Part shown: piece after piece, positions 49,454 to 58,701 of the stretch
How the letters are laid out: each line of letters opens with the position of its first letter
How positions within the stretch are numbered: the stretch's first letter is position 1
Source of the DNA: an uncultured Candidatus Saccharibacteria bacterium
GTDB taxonomy: Bacteria; Patescibacteriota; Minisyncoccia; UBA6257; 2-01-FULL-56-20
Direction of reading: 5' to 3'
NCBI GenBank assembly: GCA_964365185.1
Contig: CAYIOP010000003.1
Coordinates: 40,828-104,827 of the forward strand
DNA length: 64,000 bases
The notes under the pieces: generated by a model
Told to the model about the DNA's origin: nothing
Seen by the model: the letters and a program-made list of their open reading frames with translations, nothing else
Database searches by the model: none
Position numbers and translations under genes: made by a program

Positions 49454-50353
49454 TTACGGACATGCCTGAGACGTAAGCTCAAGATGAAGATGACCAGCAG
49501 TAGCATAGGCAGTCGGATTCCCGCCACAATTAGCATACTCATTAATCACTCTTAACCCACACGCCCGAGCATCATCAAGAATTCCACCGATCACTTCGCA
49601 ATTATTACGATCCATTTCTCTCGAAGGAGTCACGTCTATAGCGCAACCATTATAATGTTGTGGACTTTGATGCCGAGAAATAGGTGGAAAGGCCTCGGTT
49701 ACCCGAATATCCCCATAATAATTTCTTGAAAGACAATCCAAAAGAGGAATGAGGTTTGGATTAGCTTTTTTATTAGCTGTTGGTTTAAAAGTAAAGTTTT
49801 CAAAATCGATATTCACGCAATCAGGACAGTTCGCCGCCATACCACCCCCTCCACCTCCTCCGCCGCCTCCGCCGCCCGTGGTACTTGTTGTCACTGGTTG
49901 AGGTAAATATTCAAAATCTGGCACACTGCAACTAATGTTCGGCCAAGCTATCCGCGTCTCACCCTCTCCTCGATTTCCAATCAGCCATAAAAATGTGGCC
50001 ACAATCACAAACGAGAGAAGCACAATTCCGACTCCCACCGCGGTTGAGGTCAAAATTTTCTTGCCGGAATTTAACCGCTCTTCCGACCCACTAGACATCA
50101 AAATCATCCCACCACCTATAATCAGCATTATTGGCGTAATAATAACCACGAGCAAGGTTAACCCAAAACTAATCAAATTTTGAACCAACTCCACTACATC
50201 ACAAAGGTCATCACAAACCCCGCCTTGACACGCTATAAGCGGCCCCCAAAAAGGAAATTCAAATTCCGCTGCCGAGCCCACTTTTGGTTGAACCATAAAA
50301 AATAATCCCAAAACCGCTATTCCTAAAATAATAAAGATATATTTTTTGTTCAT
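49454..50353 (-). CDS. VirB2-like pilin fused via a Gly linker to an M15/Hedgehog-type Zn peptidase-like domain
   Basis: Pilin core SSGSEERLNSGKK, poly-Gly, then VTEA..H..HYNGCAID...GHLHL. Confidence 0.7.
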   Translation of the reverse strand: MNKKYIFIILGIAVLGLFFMVQPKVGSAAEFEFPFWGPLIACQGGVCDDLCDVVELVQNLISFGLTLLVVIITPIMLIIGGGMILMSSGSEERLNSGKKILTSTAVGVGIVLLSFVIVATFLWLIGNRGEGETRIAWPNISCSVPDFEYLPQPVTTSTTGGGGGGGGGGGGMAANCPDCVNIDFENFTFKPTANKKANPNLIPLLDCLSRNYYGDIRVTEAFPPISRHQSPQHYNGCAIDVTPSREMDRNNCEVIGGILDDARACGLRVINEYANCGGNPTAYATAGHLHLELTSQACP

Positions 50354-50354
50354 T

Positions 50355-51653
50355 CTACTTGGCTGCTCTTAAAATCTCCGAAACCCGCGCCTCGGCTTGA
50401 ATCAAAATTTTATCCGCCGCCCGTAAGTCCAAATTTGCGTCTCTTATGGCCTCGGAGAAAATCTGATCCACTTTCTCGCCATCCACTTGCACCCATGATC
50501 TAGCAATCAGCGCCTGTCTCGCAAAAATTTCTTGCTCCGGGTCGCCAATGGCCTCGGCAATTAACGATTTCAAAGCCGCTGGCCTCTTTCCTTCTTGAAT
50601 CGAATATTGCCTCTGCAATTCTTTATTAGTTGAAACGAAAATCACAAAATCCCACGCCTGGGTTTGATAACGACTCCTTTTGGACACTCCAAAACCCAAA
50701 TACCGAGCATAACTAATAGCTTTTTCCTCATCCACTTGCGGCACTTTGGTTACGCCGATATTTAAAAAAGGATTTTTCTTTTTGATATTCTCCAAATCAC
50801 TTTTGTAACCGAAAATCATAGCGGTTTTCCCTTGACTAAAACTCACTCCCTCATCTCCTAAATTATCATTCCAAGTGAAATAAGACGAAAGTGGATTGGC
50901 AAACTGAAGATAAAAATTAAAGGCCTGAAAACCAATTCCTCGCTTGCCGTCTTTGGCAAAAGTGGCACGAGATAAATCTGGAGCAACCATCTGCGTTCCA
51001 TTTTGAAGCATTAACAACCCCAAAATATCCGCCGCTCTTTTAATCGCTCCCCCAGAGCCACCGATAGCCGCTCCCGCTCTGTCTATATTTTTCTCAAAAC
51101 CTGATTTTTTAAGCAAAGGAATAACCTGCTGAAATTCCGGCCAAGTTTTTGGCGGATAAATAATTCCCGCCTGGTCGAAAAAATCTTTGTTGTAATACAA
51201 AACTAGAGTATCTAAATAAAGCGGCAAAGCATAAATTTTCCCGGCGCTTACAAAATCCTGCTCAATCACTTGAGGAAAAAGTTCCCGTAGTTTAATCAGT
51301 CCAAAGTCCTCTCGGTTAAGCGCGGCGAGTTTAGCTTTATTTTTTAATAAAGAATGATTGTCAACTAAAAAAACATCCGGCCCCTCGCCCAAAGCCAAGG
51401 CCTCAAGCAAACGCTCGTCATAACTGGCCTCATCAATTTGTTCGTACTGTATCTCTATATTAGGTCTGGCTATCCTAAAATTATCCAAGAGTAATTTAGA
51501 AGAACGCGCCGTCTCTATACCCCAAACCTTAAGTTTAGCCGGCTGATTACCTTGCTCGTTGCCGGCAATATTCATCACAATCAAAACCACAATCAAAATC
51601 GCCAAGCTCACCCCGATCACCATCATCACTATTTGTCTTTTTGAAAAATTCAT
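50355..51653 (-). CDS. Extracellular solute-binding protein (sugar ABC family 1)
   Basis: GEGPDVF, LYYNKDFF, PPKTW.EF, FSQGKTAM. Confidence 0.88.
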   Translation of the reverse strand: MNFSKRQIVMMVIGVSLAILIVVLIVMNIAGNEQGNQPAKLKVWGIETARSSKLLLDNFRIARPNIEIQYEQIDEASYDERLLEALALGEGPDVFLVDNHSLLKNKAKLAALNREDFGLIKLRELFPQVIEQDFVSAGKIYALPLYLDTLVLYYNKDFFDQAGIIYPPKTWPEFQQVIPLLKKSGFEKNIDRAGAAIGGSGGAIKRAADILGLLMLQNGTQMVAPDLSRATFAKDGKRGIGFQAFNFYLQFANPLSSYFTWNDNLGDEGVSFSQGKTAMIFGYKSDLENIKKKNPFLNIGVTKVPQVDEEKAISYARYLGFGVSKRSRYQTQAWDFVIFVSTNKELQRQYSIQEGKRPAALKSLIAEAIGDPEQEIFARQALIARSWVQVDGEKVDQIFSEAIRDANLDLRAADKILIQAEARVSEILRAAK

Positions 51654-51705
51654 CCCTTCTTATTTCCTTTATAATTTTTTTCTAATTTTATTGATTGAAA
51701 ATTGT

Positions 51706-51810
51706 TAATTGTCCTCCAAAAGAGGATCTCCTCCGAGGGAGGATCGGCCTTCGGGGGACGCCTCCGGCGGAGTAATTAATAATTTCTATTATATCTCTAC
51801 CGTATCTCTA
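51706..51810 (+). repeat. About 100-bp GC-rich palindromic direct repeat, copy 1
   Basis: Near-identical to 55496-55599; related short copy at 14129-14157. Confidence 0.88.
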
Positions 51811-51899
51811 ATATGTCTCTTCTTGCATTCATACTTTTAGTTTTTCACTTTTCACTTTACGCCTCCTATTCCCTATCACCCATAACCTATCACCTAATT

Positions 51900-54362
51900 T
51901 TAGATGACCACCACTCCCATCAATTTATCTTCTTTACTTAAATTCATAATTCTCACTCCCTGCGCCGCCCTACCCGTCACTCTCACTCCTTTAAGCTTGG
52001 TCTTAATAATCTGCCCCTTAGCCGAGAGAGCCATAATTTCTTCTTCCTCGCTTAAAATCCTAGCCGCCACAATCTCTCCGGTTTTAGCTGTCACTTTTGC
52101 GGTCGCGATGCCGCTCCCACCCCGACTCTGAAGCCGGTATTGGCCCAAAGCTGTTTGCTTAGCAAAGCCATTCCCCATCACCACCAAAAATTTCAAACTT
52201 TTCGCTTCTTTAATCTGATTCTCATTTATTATATCAAATCCAGCCACTTCGTCGCCTTTTTTAAGGTTAATGGCTTTCACTCCCGCCGCCCCTCTGCCGA
52301 GCGGCCTAATTTCTGACTCTTTAAACCTAATTGAGCGTCCTCCACGAGTCGCTAAAATTACCTGATCCTTCCCGCCCGAAAGTTTAACCCACTGCAAACT
52401 ATCATCTTTCTTTAAAGCAATCGCGATAATTCCATTTCTCCGAATATTAGTAAAATCACCCAGCTGGGTCTTTTTAATGAGTCCGTTTTTAGTGACCATC
52501 ATCAAATACCTTAAATCGCTTTTTTCTATTTTTTTTCCGTCGATATCGGCATAACCAATAATGGCCGTAATACTCTCCTCCGCCGGCAACTCCAAAAAAT
52601 TATGAATTGCTCGGCCCTTGGATATCCGCCCCGCTTCAGGAATTTCATAAACTTTGGTTTGAAAAACTCTTCCCTTATTCGTGAAAAAAAGCAGGTTATC
52701 GTGAGTGTTCGCGTTTAAAAAATGAGTTAAGAAATCCTCCTCTGCCACTTCCGACCCGATAAGTCCTTTACCACCCCGATTTTGACTTTTAAAAACATTC
52801 GGCGACAATCTTTTAATGTAGCCGCTACCCGAAAGAGTAATCACCACCTCTTCTTGATGCACTAAATCCTCTTCTTTAAATTCTGTAATGCCTGTTGAAA
52901 CCAACTTGGTTCGCCTTTCATCTCCGTATTTTTCTTTAAGCTCCAAAACCTCGCTTTTAATAATTTTCAAAATCCTATCCGGATTTTTTAAAATCAAACC
53001 TAATTCTTTAATGATAGCTAATTTTTCTTTAAGTTCTGATTCTATCTTTTCTCGCTCTAAAGCCGCCAGCGTTTGCAGTCGCATCTCTAAAATCGCCACG
53101 GTCTGAAGCTCGCTGAATTTAAAAATTTTAATTAGATTACTCTTTGCCTCTTCCCGATCTTTTGATTTTTTAATCGTGGCGATAATTTTATCAATCACAT
53201 CAAGTGCCTTGGCCAAGCCCGTTAAAATATGCGCCCGCTCCTCGGCTTTTCTTAAATCAAACTCAGTTCTTTTTTTAACCACAATTTTCCGATAATCAAG
53301 ATAATGTCCAATGATATCTCCCACCGAAAGCAACCTCGGCTGAATGCCATCAACGAGCGCCACCATATTCAAATTAAAATTCTTTTGAAGATCGGTGTGT
53401 TTATAAAACTGATTTAAAACTTTCTGGGGCGAAGCGTCGTTTTTAAGCTCAATCACGATTCTTAACCCTTCGCGTCCGGACTCATCCCGAATGTCCCGAA
53501 TGCCTTCAATTTTTTTATCCTGCACCAAAGCCGCCATCTGTTTAATTAACTCTGACTTATTAACTTGATAAGGAATCTCAGTAATTAAAATATCGAAATT
53601 GCGGCTTTTTCGCTCTTGAATATCCGCCTTAGCCCTAGTGGTAATTGCTCCTCGGCCAGTCAAATATGCTTCCTTAATCGCTTTACTGTCGAAAATAATG
53701 CCACCCGTCGGGAAATCTGGCCCTTGGATAAATTTCAAAAAATCCTTGGATGATGCCTCCGGATTATCCGCCGCGTATAAAATTGCGTCCGCCACCTCAC
53801 TCAAGTTATGAGGTGGAATATTAGTTGCCATTCCAACCGCAATTCCAAGTCCTCCGTTTAGGAGTAAATTCGGCAGTCGCGCCGGCAAAACCCTTGGCTC
53901 TTCTCGCGTGCCATCATAATTATCCTGCCAAGCCACAGTTTCTTTTTCGATATCTAAGAGCATCTCATCGCTAATTTTCGCCAAACGGCTCTCGGTGTAA
54001 CGCATGGCCGCTGCTGAATCACCATCAATCGAACCAAAATTACCTTGGCCCTGAATTAGGGGGTATCTCATTGAAAAATCCTGGGCCATCCTAACAAGCG
54101 CGTCATAAACCGCCGTATCGCCATGAGGATGGTAGCGACCCAAAGTTTCTCCCACGATATTGGCTGATTTTCTAAGTCTCGCTTGATGAGTCACTCCCGC
54201 ATCCCACATATCCCACAAAATTCGGCGATGCACTGGTTTTAAGCCGTCCCGAACATCCGGCAGAGCCCGCCCCACAATCACCGACATCGCATAATCCAAA
54301 TAGGACTCTTGAAGTTCGGTAGTAATTTCTCTTTTTTCAATTTTTTTCTCTCCTTCACTCAT
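51900..54362 (-). CDS. gyrA: DNA gyrase subunit A
   Basis: DGLKPVHRR, YHPHGD, AAMRYTE, GyrA box QNRGGKG. Confidence 0.98.
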   Translation of the reverse strand: MSEGEKKIEKREITTELQESYLDYAMSVIVGRALPDVRDGLKPVHRRILWDMWDAGVTHQARLRKSANIVGETLGRYHPHGDTAVYDALVRMAQDFSMRYPLIQGQGNFGSIDGDSAAAMRYTESRLAKISDEMLLDIEKETVAWQDNYDGTREEPRVLPARLPNLLLNGGLGIAVGMATNIPPHNLSEVADAILYAADNPEASSKDFLKFIQGPDFPTGGIIFDSKAIKEAYLTGRGAITTRAKADIQERKSRNFDILITEIPYQVNKSELIKQMAALVQDKKIEGIRDIRDESGREGLRIVIELKNDASPQKVLNQFYKHTDLQKNFNLNMVALVDGIQPRLLSVGDIIGHYLDYRKIVVKKRTEFDLRKAEERAHILTGLAKALDVIDKIIATIKKSKDREEAKSNLIKIFKFSELQTVAILEMRLQTLAALEREKIESELKEKLAIIKELGLILKNPDRILKIIKSEVLELKEKYGDERRTKLVSTGITEFKEEDLVHQEEVVITLSGSGYIKRLSPNVFKSQNRGGKGLIGSEVAEEDFLTHFLNANTHDNLLFFTNKGRVFQTKVYEIPEAGRISKGRAIHNFLELPAEESITAIIGYADIDGKKIEKSDLRYLMMVTKNGLIKKTQLGDFTNIRRNGIIAIALKKDDSLQWVKLSGGKDQVILATRGGRSIRFKESEIRPLGRGAAGVKAINLKKGDEVAGFDIINENQIKEAKSLKFLVVMGNGFAKQTALGQYRLQSRGGSGIATAKVTAKTGEIVAARILSEEEEIMALSAKGQIIKTKLKGVRVTGRAAQGVRIMNLSKEDKLMGVVVI

Positions 54363-54381
54363 AAATTTATTTTTTACAAAA

Positions 54382-54696
54382 TTAAGGTTTAATAATATAT
54401 TCCTTAGGAGCGCTCAAAAAACCAAACCAATCCGCCGCTTTTTCTTTGAAAAATTCATAAACCGTGGCTGCTCCCGTCTTCATAGTACCCAAAAAAGAAA
54501 AATCTTTTTTAAGTTCTTGCTCAGGCGCTGGATTAATCGCAGTTTTACTTGAACTCACCACCAAAGCATTGAAATATCCGAACCAAAGAAACACTACCAC
54601 CACCATTGCTGCTAAAGAAAAAACTACTAACCAAATCCGCCTTTGATGCTCCGGCGCTGATTGTAATTTTTCTAAAATTTCTCTAAACATCGACAT
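54382..54696 (-). CDS. Small single-pass membrane protein
   Basis: One TM; in operon with gyrA. Confidence 0.7.
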   Translation of the reverse strand: MSMFREILEKLQSAPEHQRRIWLVVFSLAAMVVVVFLWFGYFNALVVSSSKTAINPAPEQELKKDFSFLGTMKTGAATVYEFFKEKAADWFGFLSAPKEYIIKP

Positions 54697-54722
54697 AATA
54701 AGTTATCTTATCTCAAAGTATC

Positions 54723-55286
54723 TTAAGAAACCTTAAGCAAAACCACTTCATTTTTTTTATTTTCAAAATCTTTAGATTTAAAAACTAGCTTCTCTTGAAA
54801 TTTGGGCTCTTGACCCAGCAATTTCAAAAAATCCTTTGGGTCTTGATAGAAACTCGGCACCACCACATCCGGTTCAAGCTGCTTAACAACCTCTGCCGCC
54901 TCTTTAGCTGAAATTAATTCTCCTCCGCTAATCGGTAAAAAAACCATCATTCTAGAACCGTCTAAATTCTCCATCACCTCTATCGGAGGAACTTTCGTTA
55001 TCTTACCTAAAAAAACAAAATTCATCTCATCCCACTTCACTAGATAAACCGTTTTAACCAATTTTTCTGTCGTCTCCGAAAGAATTTGCCAGCCCGTAAT
55101 TTCAATTTTTTTAAACTCATATTCTCCTGGAAATCCTATCTCATCTCGAGACGGAACAAAATCGGAAGAAACGGACGTTCTTAAAACCACATCCCCTTTT
55201 AACCGATTATTCGGGGGATCAATTAACAAAGAAAGGTCGCCTGATTGCAACCTAAAACCTCCTTCGCCGTAATAATTAAGCACCAT
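54723..55286 (-). CDS. Metallo-beta-lactamase-fold protein, degenerate active site
   Basis: YYGEGGFRL..LIDP, PGEYE, EPDVVVP; no HxHxDH. Confidence 0.75.
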   Translation of the reverse strand: MVLNYYGEGGFRLQSGDLSLLIDPPNNRLKGDVVLRTSVSSDFVPSRDEIGFPGEYEFKKIEITGWQILSETTEKLVKTVYLVKWDEMNFVFLGKITKVPPIEVMENLDGSRMMVFLPISGGELISAKEAAEVVKQLEPDVVVPSFYQDPKDFLKLLGQEPKFQEKLVFKSKDFENKKNEVVLLKVS

Positions 55287-55495
55287 GAATCAATATTTCA
55301 ATCTATTTTAGCACAAAAAAGCCGCCCTGAAAAGACCAAATTAAAATAATTAACCTAATCTCAATAGTATTCCAATCGTATCTCAATTATTTTTCTCTTA
55401 TATCTCTACTGTATTTAAATCGTATTTTTTGATAATTAGTAATTAATTATTAATTGAAAATTGCTTGCCCGCCGTAATCTTGATGAAGGCGGAGC

Positions 55496-55599
55496 AATTG
55501 TCCTCCGAAAGAGGATCTCCTCCGAGGGAGGATCGGCCTTCGGGGGACGCCTCCGGCGGAATAATTGATAATTTCCATTGTATTTCCACTGTATCTCTA
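55496..55599 (+). repeat. About 100-bp GC-rich palindromic direct repeat, copy 2
   Basis: GAGGATCTCCTCCGAGGGAGGATCGGCCTTCGGGGGACGCCTCCGGCGGA identical to copy 1. Confidence 0.88.
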
Positions 55600-55777
55600 T
55601 TGCATTTCAATTTCTTAATATTCTTGATAATTTCTAGCTTTTATTTTATTGATAATTGGTCATTGAAAATTGATAATTTCTATCGTATTTCTTCTTAATC
55701 TAAACTTTTAGCTTTTCGCTTTGCGCCTTACATTCTCTATCATCTATCACCTAAAACCTAACGCCCGTCTCTTTTAT

Positions 55778-55806
55778 TTGACGAAAATCTTGCCCTCCCC
55801 TATAAT
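55778..55806 (+). promoter_or_regulatory. Sigma70 promoter of rpsA
   Basis: TTGACG-17-TATAAT. Confidence 0.7.
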
Positions 55807-55819
55807 CATTGAACTAAAT

Positions 55820-56911
55820 ATGCCCATTGCCAGCAAAAAAATAAAGCCTATTTTAAACCAGTTAACCAAAGCTGGAGTAACTAATTTTAATGGTCCCCGC
55901 GAAGGCGATATTATAGAGGGCGAACTAATCAAAAAAACTTCTCGTGAGGCCTATTTTGATTTGAACAGTTTTGGCACCGGCATTATCTACGGCGTTGAAT
56001 TTTTAAACGCCAAAAATATCCTGAAAAATTTAAAGCTGGGCGACAAACTGTCAGCTAAAATCGCCAACCTCGACAACGGCCAAGGCTATCTTGAGCTTTC
56101 TATCTCTGAAGCTGAAAAACAACAAGTTTGGCAACAAGTTAAAGAACTGCAAGAAAACGGCGAAATTATAAAAATCAAAGTTATCGGCGTAAATAGCGGC
56201 GGCTTAACCTTAAATCTTTTAAGTTTGAAGGCCTTTTTGCCTGTTTCTCAACTTTCAAACGAACACCAACCTCAAGTCATAAACGGAGAAAAAGAAAAAA
56301 TTATTGAAGAACTTAAAAAATTCATCGGCCAAGAACTAAGCGTCAAAGTTATCAACCTTAACCCCAGAAGTAATAAACTTATTGTCTCCGAAAGAGAAAC
56401 CGCCTCGAGCAATATAAAAGAACTCTTAAGCCAATATCAAATCGGCCAAGAAATCGACGGGTTAATCTCCGGCATTGCCGACTTCGGGGTCTTTGTTCGT
56501 TTCATAGACAACCCAGCCATTGAAGGCATGATTCATATCTCTGAACTCGATCACCGTTTAATCGACAACCCAAAAGAAATTGTGAAAATCAACGACACTG
56601 TTCGGGTAAAAATAATCGACCTTAAAGACAACCGGGTTTTTCTATCTCTAAAAGCTCTAAAAATCGATCCTTGGAACAAAGTTAATGAACACTATCAAAT
56701 AGGACAAATAGTTACCGGCAAAATTTATAAGCTTAATCCTTTCGGAGCTATTGTTGACTTAAACCACGAACTCCAAGGCATGATTCACGTCTCTAAATTC
56801 GGCGACATCGAAACCATGAAAAAAACCCTCGAATTAGGCAAAGAATATCAATTTAAAATCGAATCCATCTCTCCAGAAGAAAAAAGAATTATTCTTGATT
56901 TGAATCAGTAA
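55820..56911 (+). CDS. rpsA: 30S ribosomal protein S1 (4 S1 domains)
   Basis: AFLPVSQL, DFGVFV..EGMIHISEL, PFGA..GMIHVS. Confidence 0.9.
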   Translation: MPIASKKIKPILNQLTKAGVTNFNGPREGDIIEGELIKKTSREAYFDLNSFGTGIIYGVEFLNAKNILKNLKLGDKLSAKIANLDNGQGYLELSISEAEKQQVWQQVKELQENGEIIKIKVIGVNSGGLTLNLLSLKAFLPVSQLSNEHQPQVINGEKEKIIEELKKFIGQELSVKVINLNPRSNKLIVSERETASSNIKELLSQYQIGQEIDGLISGIADFGVFVRFIDNPAIEGMIHISELDHRLIDNPKEIVKINDTVRVKIIDLKDNRVFLSLKALKIDPWNKVNEHYQIGQIVTGKIYKLNPFGAIVDLNHELQGMIHVSKFGDIETMKKTLELGKEYQFKIESISPEEKRIILDLNQ

Positions 56912-56969
56912 AAAATTTCAGAGGTGCTCTCTTGATTATTTAACTCGTGCCTCCTAAAATAACTGCATC

Positions 56970-57041
56970 GCCTGGGTAGCTCAGTGGAAGAGCTTTCGCC
57001 TGAAGAGCGAAGAGTCCGGTGTTCGATTCACCGCCCAGGCA
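56970..57041 (+). tRNA. tRNA-Phe (GAA)
   Basis: GCCTGGG acceptor, TTCGC CTGAAGA GCGAA. Confidence 0.95.
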
Positions 57042-57051
57042 CATATTATTA

Positions 57052-57122
57052 CGGGCCGGAGTATGGGGGTAGTACGCCTGTTTTGGGAACAGGTAGACCG
57101 AGTTCGACTCTCGGCGGCCCGA
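57052..57122 (+). tRNA. tRNA-Pro (TGG)
   Basis: CGGGCCG acceptor, CCTGT TTTGGGA ACAGG; atypical G8/G14. Confidence 0.9.
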
Positions 57123-57142
57123 CAACAATTTAACTTTTTATT

Positions 57143-57269
57143 CGCCGAGAGTCGGACTCGGAAAGGGGTCGGGGAAACGGAAGTTTCCCCGAGGCGAAGC
57201 TCACGAACCGCTGGGTTCGTGGGAGTCCCGCTTTGATGGGACGACGTGAGATTCTCGGCGGCCCGACAA
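57143..57269 (+). repeat. tRNA-3'-associated structured element, copy 2
   Basis: Inverted copy of the tRNA-Pro T arm at its start and a direct copy of the tRNA 3' end at its end. Confidence 0.85.
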
Positions 57270-57490
57270 AAATAATAGCAGACGAAACTGGGAATTTCGT
57301 CTGCTTTGAAATGAACACAAGATCTAACAAATTGGTTGTTAGGAGTTGTGTTCGCGCCCGGTCTTAAGGGCGCGGTAATTCAGTAAAAGGTGGGTAGAAA
57401 AAGTTCAAATACCCCGCTAATTTAATCATAAATCTAACCCAAAAATTGCCAAATCCAAGTTATCCACCTAATATATAAAAAAGTAAAAGC

Positions 57491-57562
57491 GGGCACTTAG
57501 CTCAGTGGTAGAGCGACTGTTTTACACACAGTAGGTCGGGGGTTCAATCCCTCCAGTGCCCA
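57491..57562 (+). tRNA. tRNA-Val (TAC)
   Basis: GGGCACT acceptor, ACTGT TTTACAC ACAGT. Confidence 0.96.
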
Positions 57563-57573
57563 CAATTCACCCC

Positions 57574-58701
57574 TTAATTAAGTCGTTCAAATTTTAACTT
57601 CAATATCCTACGCAAAGATTCGTCGATTCTTTTTTCGTTAATTTTATTTTCTAAAACCGCCTGGCGCACTGCCTCCACTATCCCTTTATGCTTCGAGATA
57701 GTAAGCGTACTGATAATCATATCAGCCCCGGCATTAATAGCTTGAATGACTAATTGGCCAATCGGCAAATCGCCAGTTGATGCCATCTCTAAATCATCAG
57801 TGATAATCACGCCTTCATATTTTAATTGACCCCTTAATATCTCAATAAGAAAAACTGGTGAAAGCGTTGCTGGGACGTCATCGATTTCCTTAACCACAAC
57901 GTGCGCCGTCATCAGAACTTCCGGATGGGCCTGCCCAATAACATACTGAAAAGGAACAAGCCACTTTTCAAATTCATCGCCACCAGAAGAAACCGCAAAA
58001 TTCGTATGTGGATCTAATGTTCCGTTGCCATACCCCGGAAAATGTTTAGGCACCGCAATAATATCCGCCTCTCGGTAACCTTCAATCATGGCTTGGCCTA
58101 ACTTGCCAATAAGCTCGGGGGTTGCCTCAAAAACACGTTTGGATTTGAATAAATAGGCCTGAGGATTATTAACATAATCAATCACGGGCGAAAAATTCAT
58201 GTTAATGCCGAGCTCACGGAGTTCCTCGCCTCGCCTTTTAGCAATTCGCCGGGCTTCCTCAATGCTTTTTATCTCCATCTGAGGCGTCAGCTCACTTAGA
58301 AATTTAAACCGAACATAATCACCTCCTTCTTGATCGGTCGCAATAAATAAGGGAATTTCTGAATGTAATTTTAAATCACTAATCATTTTTATCACTCCTT
58401 CTCTATCGTTAACATTCCGAGCCAAAAGATTTACGCCTCCAACCCCGTAAACATCGATCATCTCTTTTATATGGTCATCAAAGTAAGGGTTTTTAAAACC
58501 AACAACCATCATCTGGCCGATTTTTTTCTCAAGCGGCAGAGTTTTAATGATTAACTCGATTTTATCCGTGTAATCTTGTTGAGATGATACTTTTTCAGGT
58601 GACGCAAAATAAATTTCTGCCTGTTGCGTACTACCTAAAGCAAAAATTAGGGCAATTATCGATGCCCCTAACACAGCTAAAAACGCAACCTTGCTTTTCA
58701 T
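57574..58701 (-). CDS. Glycoside hydrolase family 3 (NagZ-like beta-N-acetylhexosaminidase), membrane-anchored
   Basis: DQEGG, FSPVID, KHFPGYG...DPH, TDDLEM. Confidence 0.9.
   Translation of the reverse strand: MKSKVAFLAVLGASIIALIFALGSTQQAEIYFASPEKVSSQQDYTDKIELIIKTLPLEKKIGQMMVVGFKNPYFDDHIKEMIDVYGVGGVNLLARNVNDREGVIKMISDLKLHSEIPLFIATDQEGGDYVRFKFLSELTPQMEIKSIEEARRIAKRRGEELRELGINMNFSPVIDYVNNPQAYLFKSKRVFEATPELIGKLGQAMIEGYREADIIAVPKHFPGYGNGTLDPHTNFAVSSGGDEFEKWLVPFQYVIGQAHPEVLMTAHVVVKEIDDVPATLSPVFLIEILRGQLKYEGVIITDDLEMASTGDLPIGQLVIQAINAGADMIISTLTISKHKGIVEAVRQAVLENKINEKRIDESLRRILKLKFERLN

Noticed and set aside
54723-55286. MBL-fold protein as a beta-lactamase or resistance gene
   Set aside because: The metal-binding HxHxDH motif is absent.
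51706-55599. GC-rich repeats as a CRISPR array
   Set aside because: There is no regular repeat-spacer periodicity and no cas genes.
5314-57470. DnaA-box-like 9-mers (5314, 27022; imperfect at 26207, 31398, 57461) as oriC
   Set aside because: They are scattered singles with no cluster, no dnaA, and no evident skew switch.
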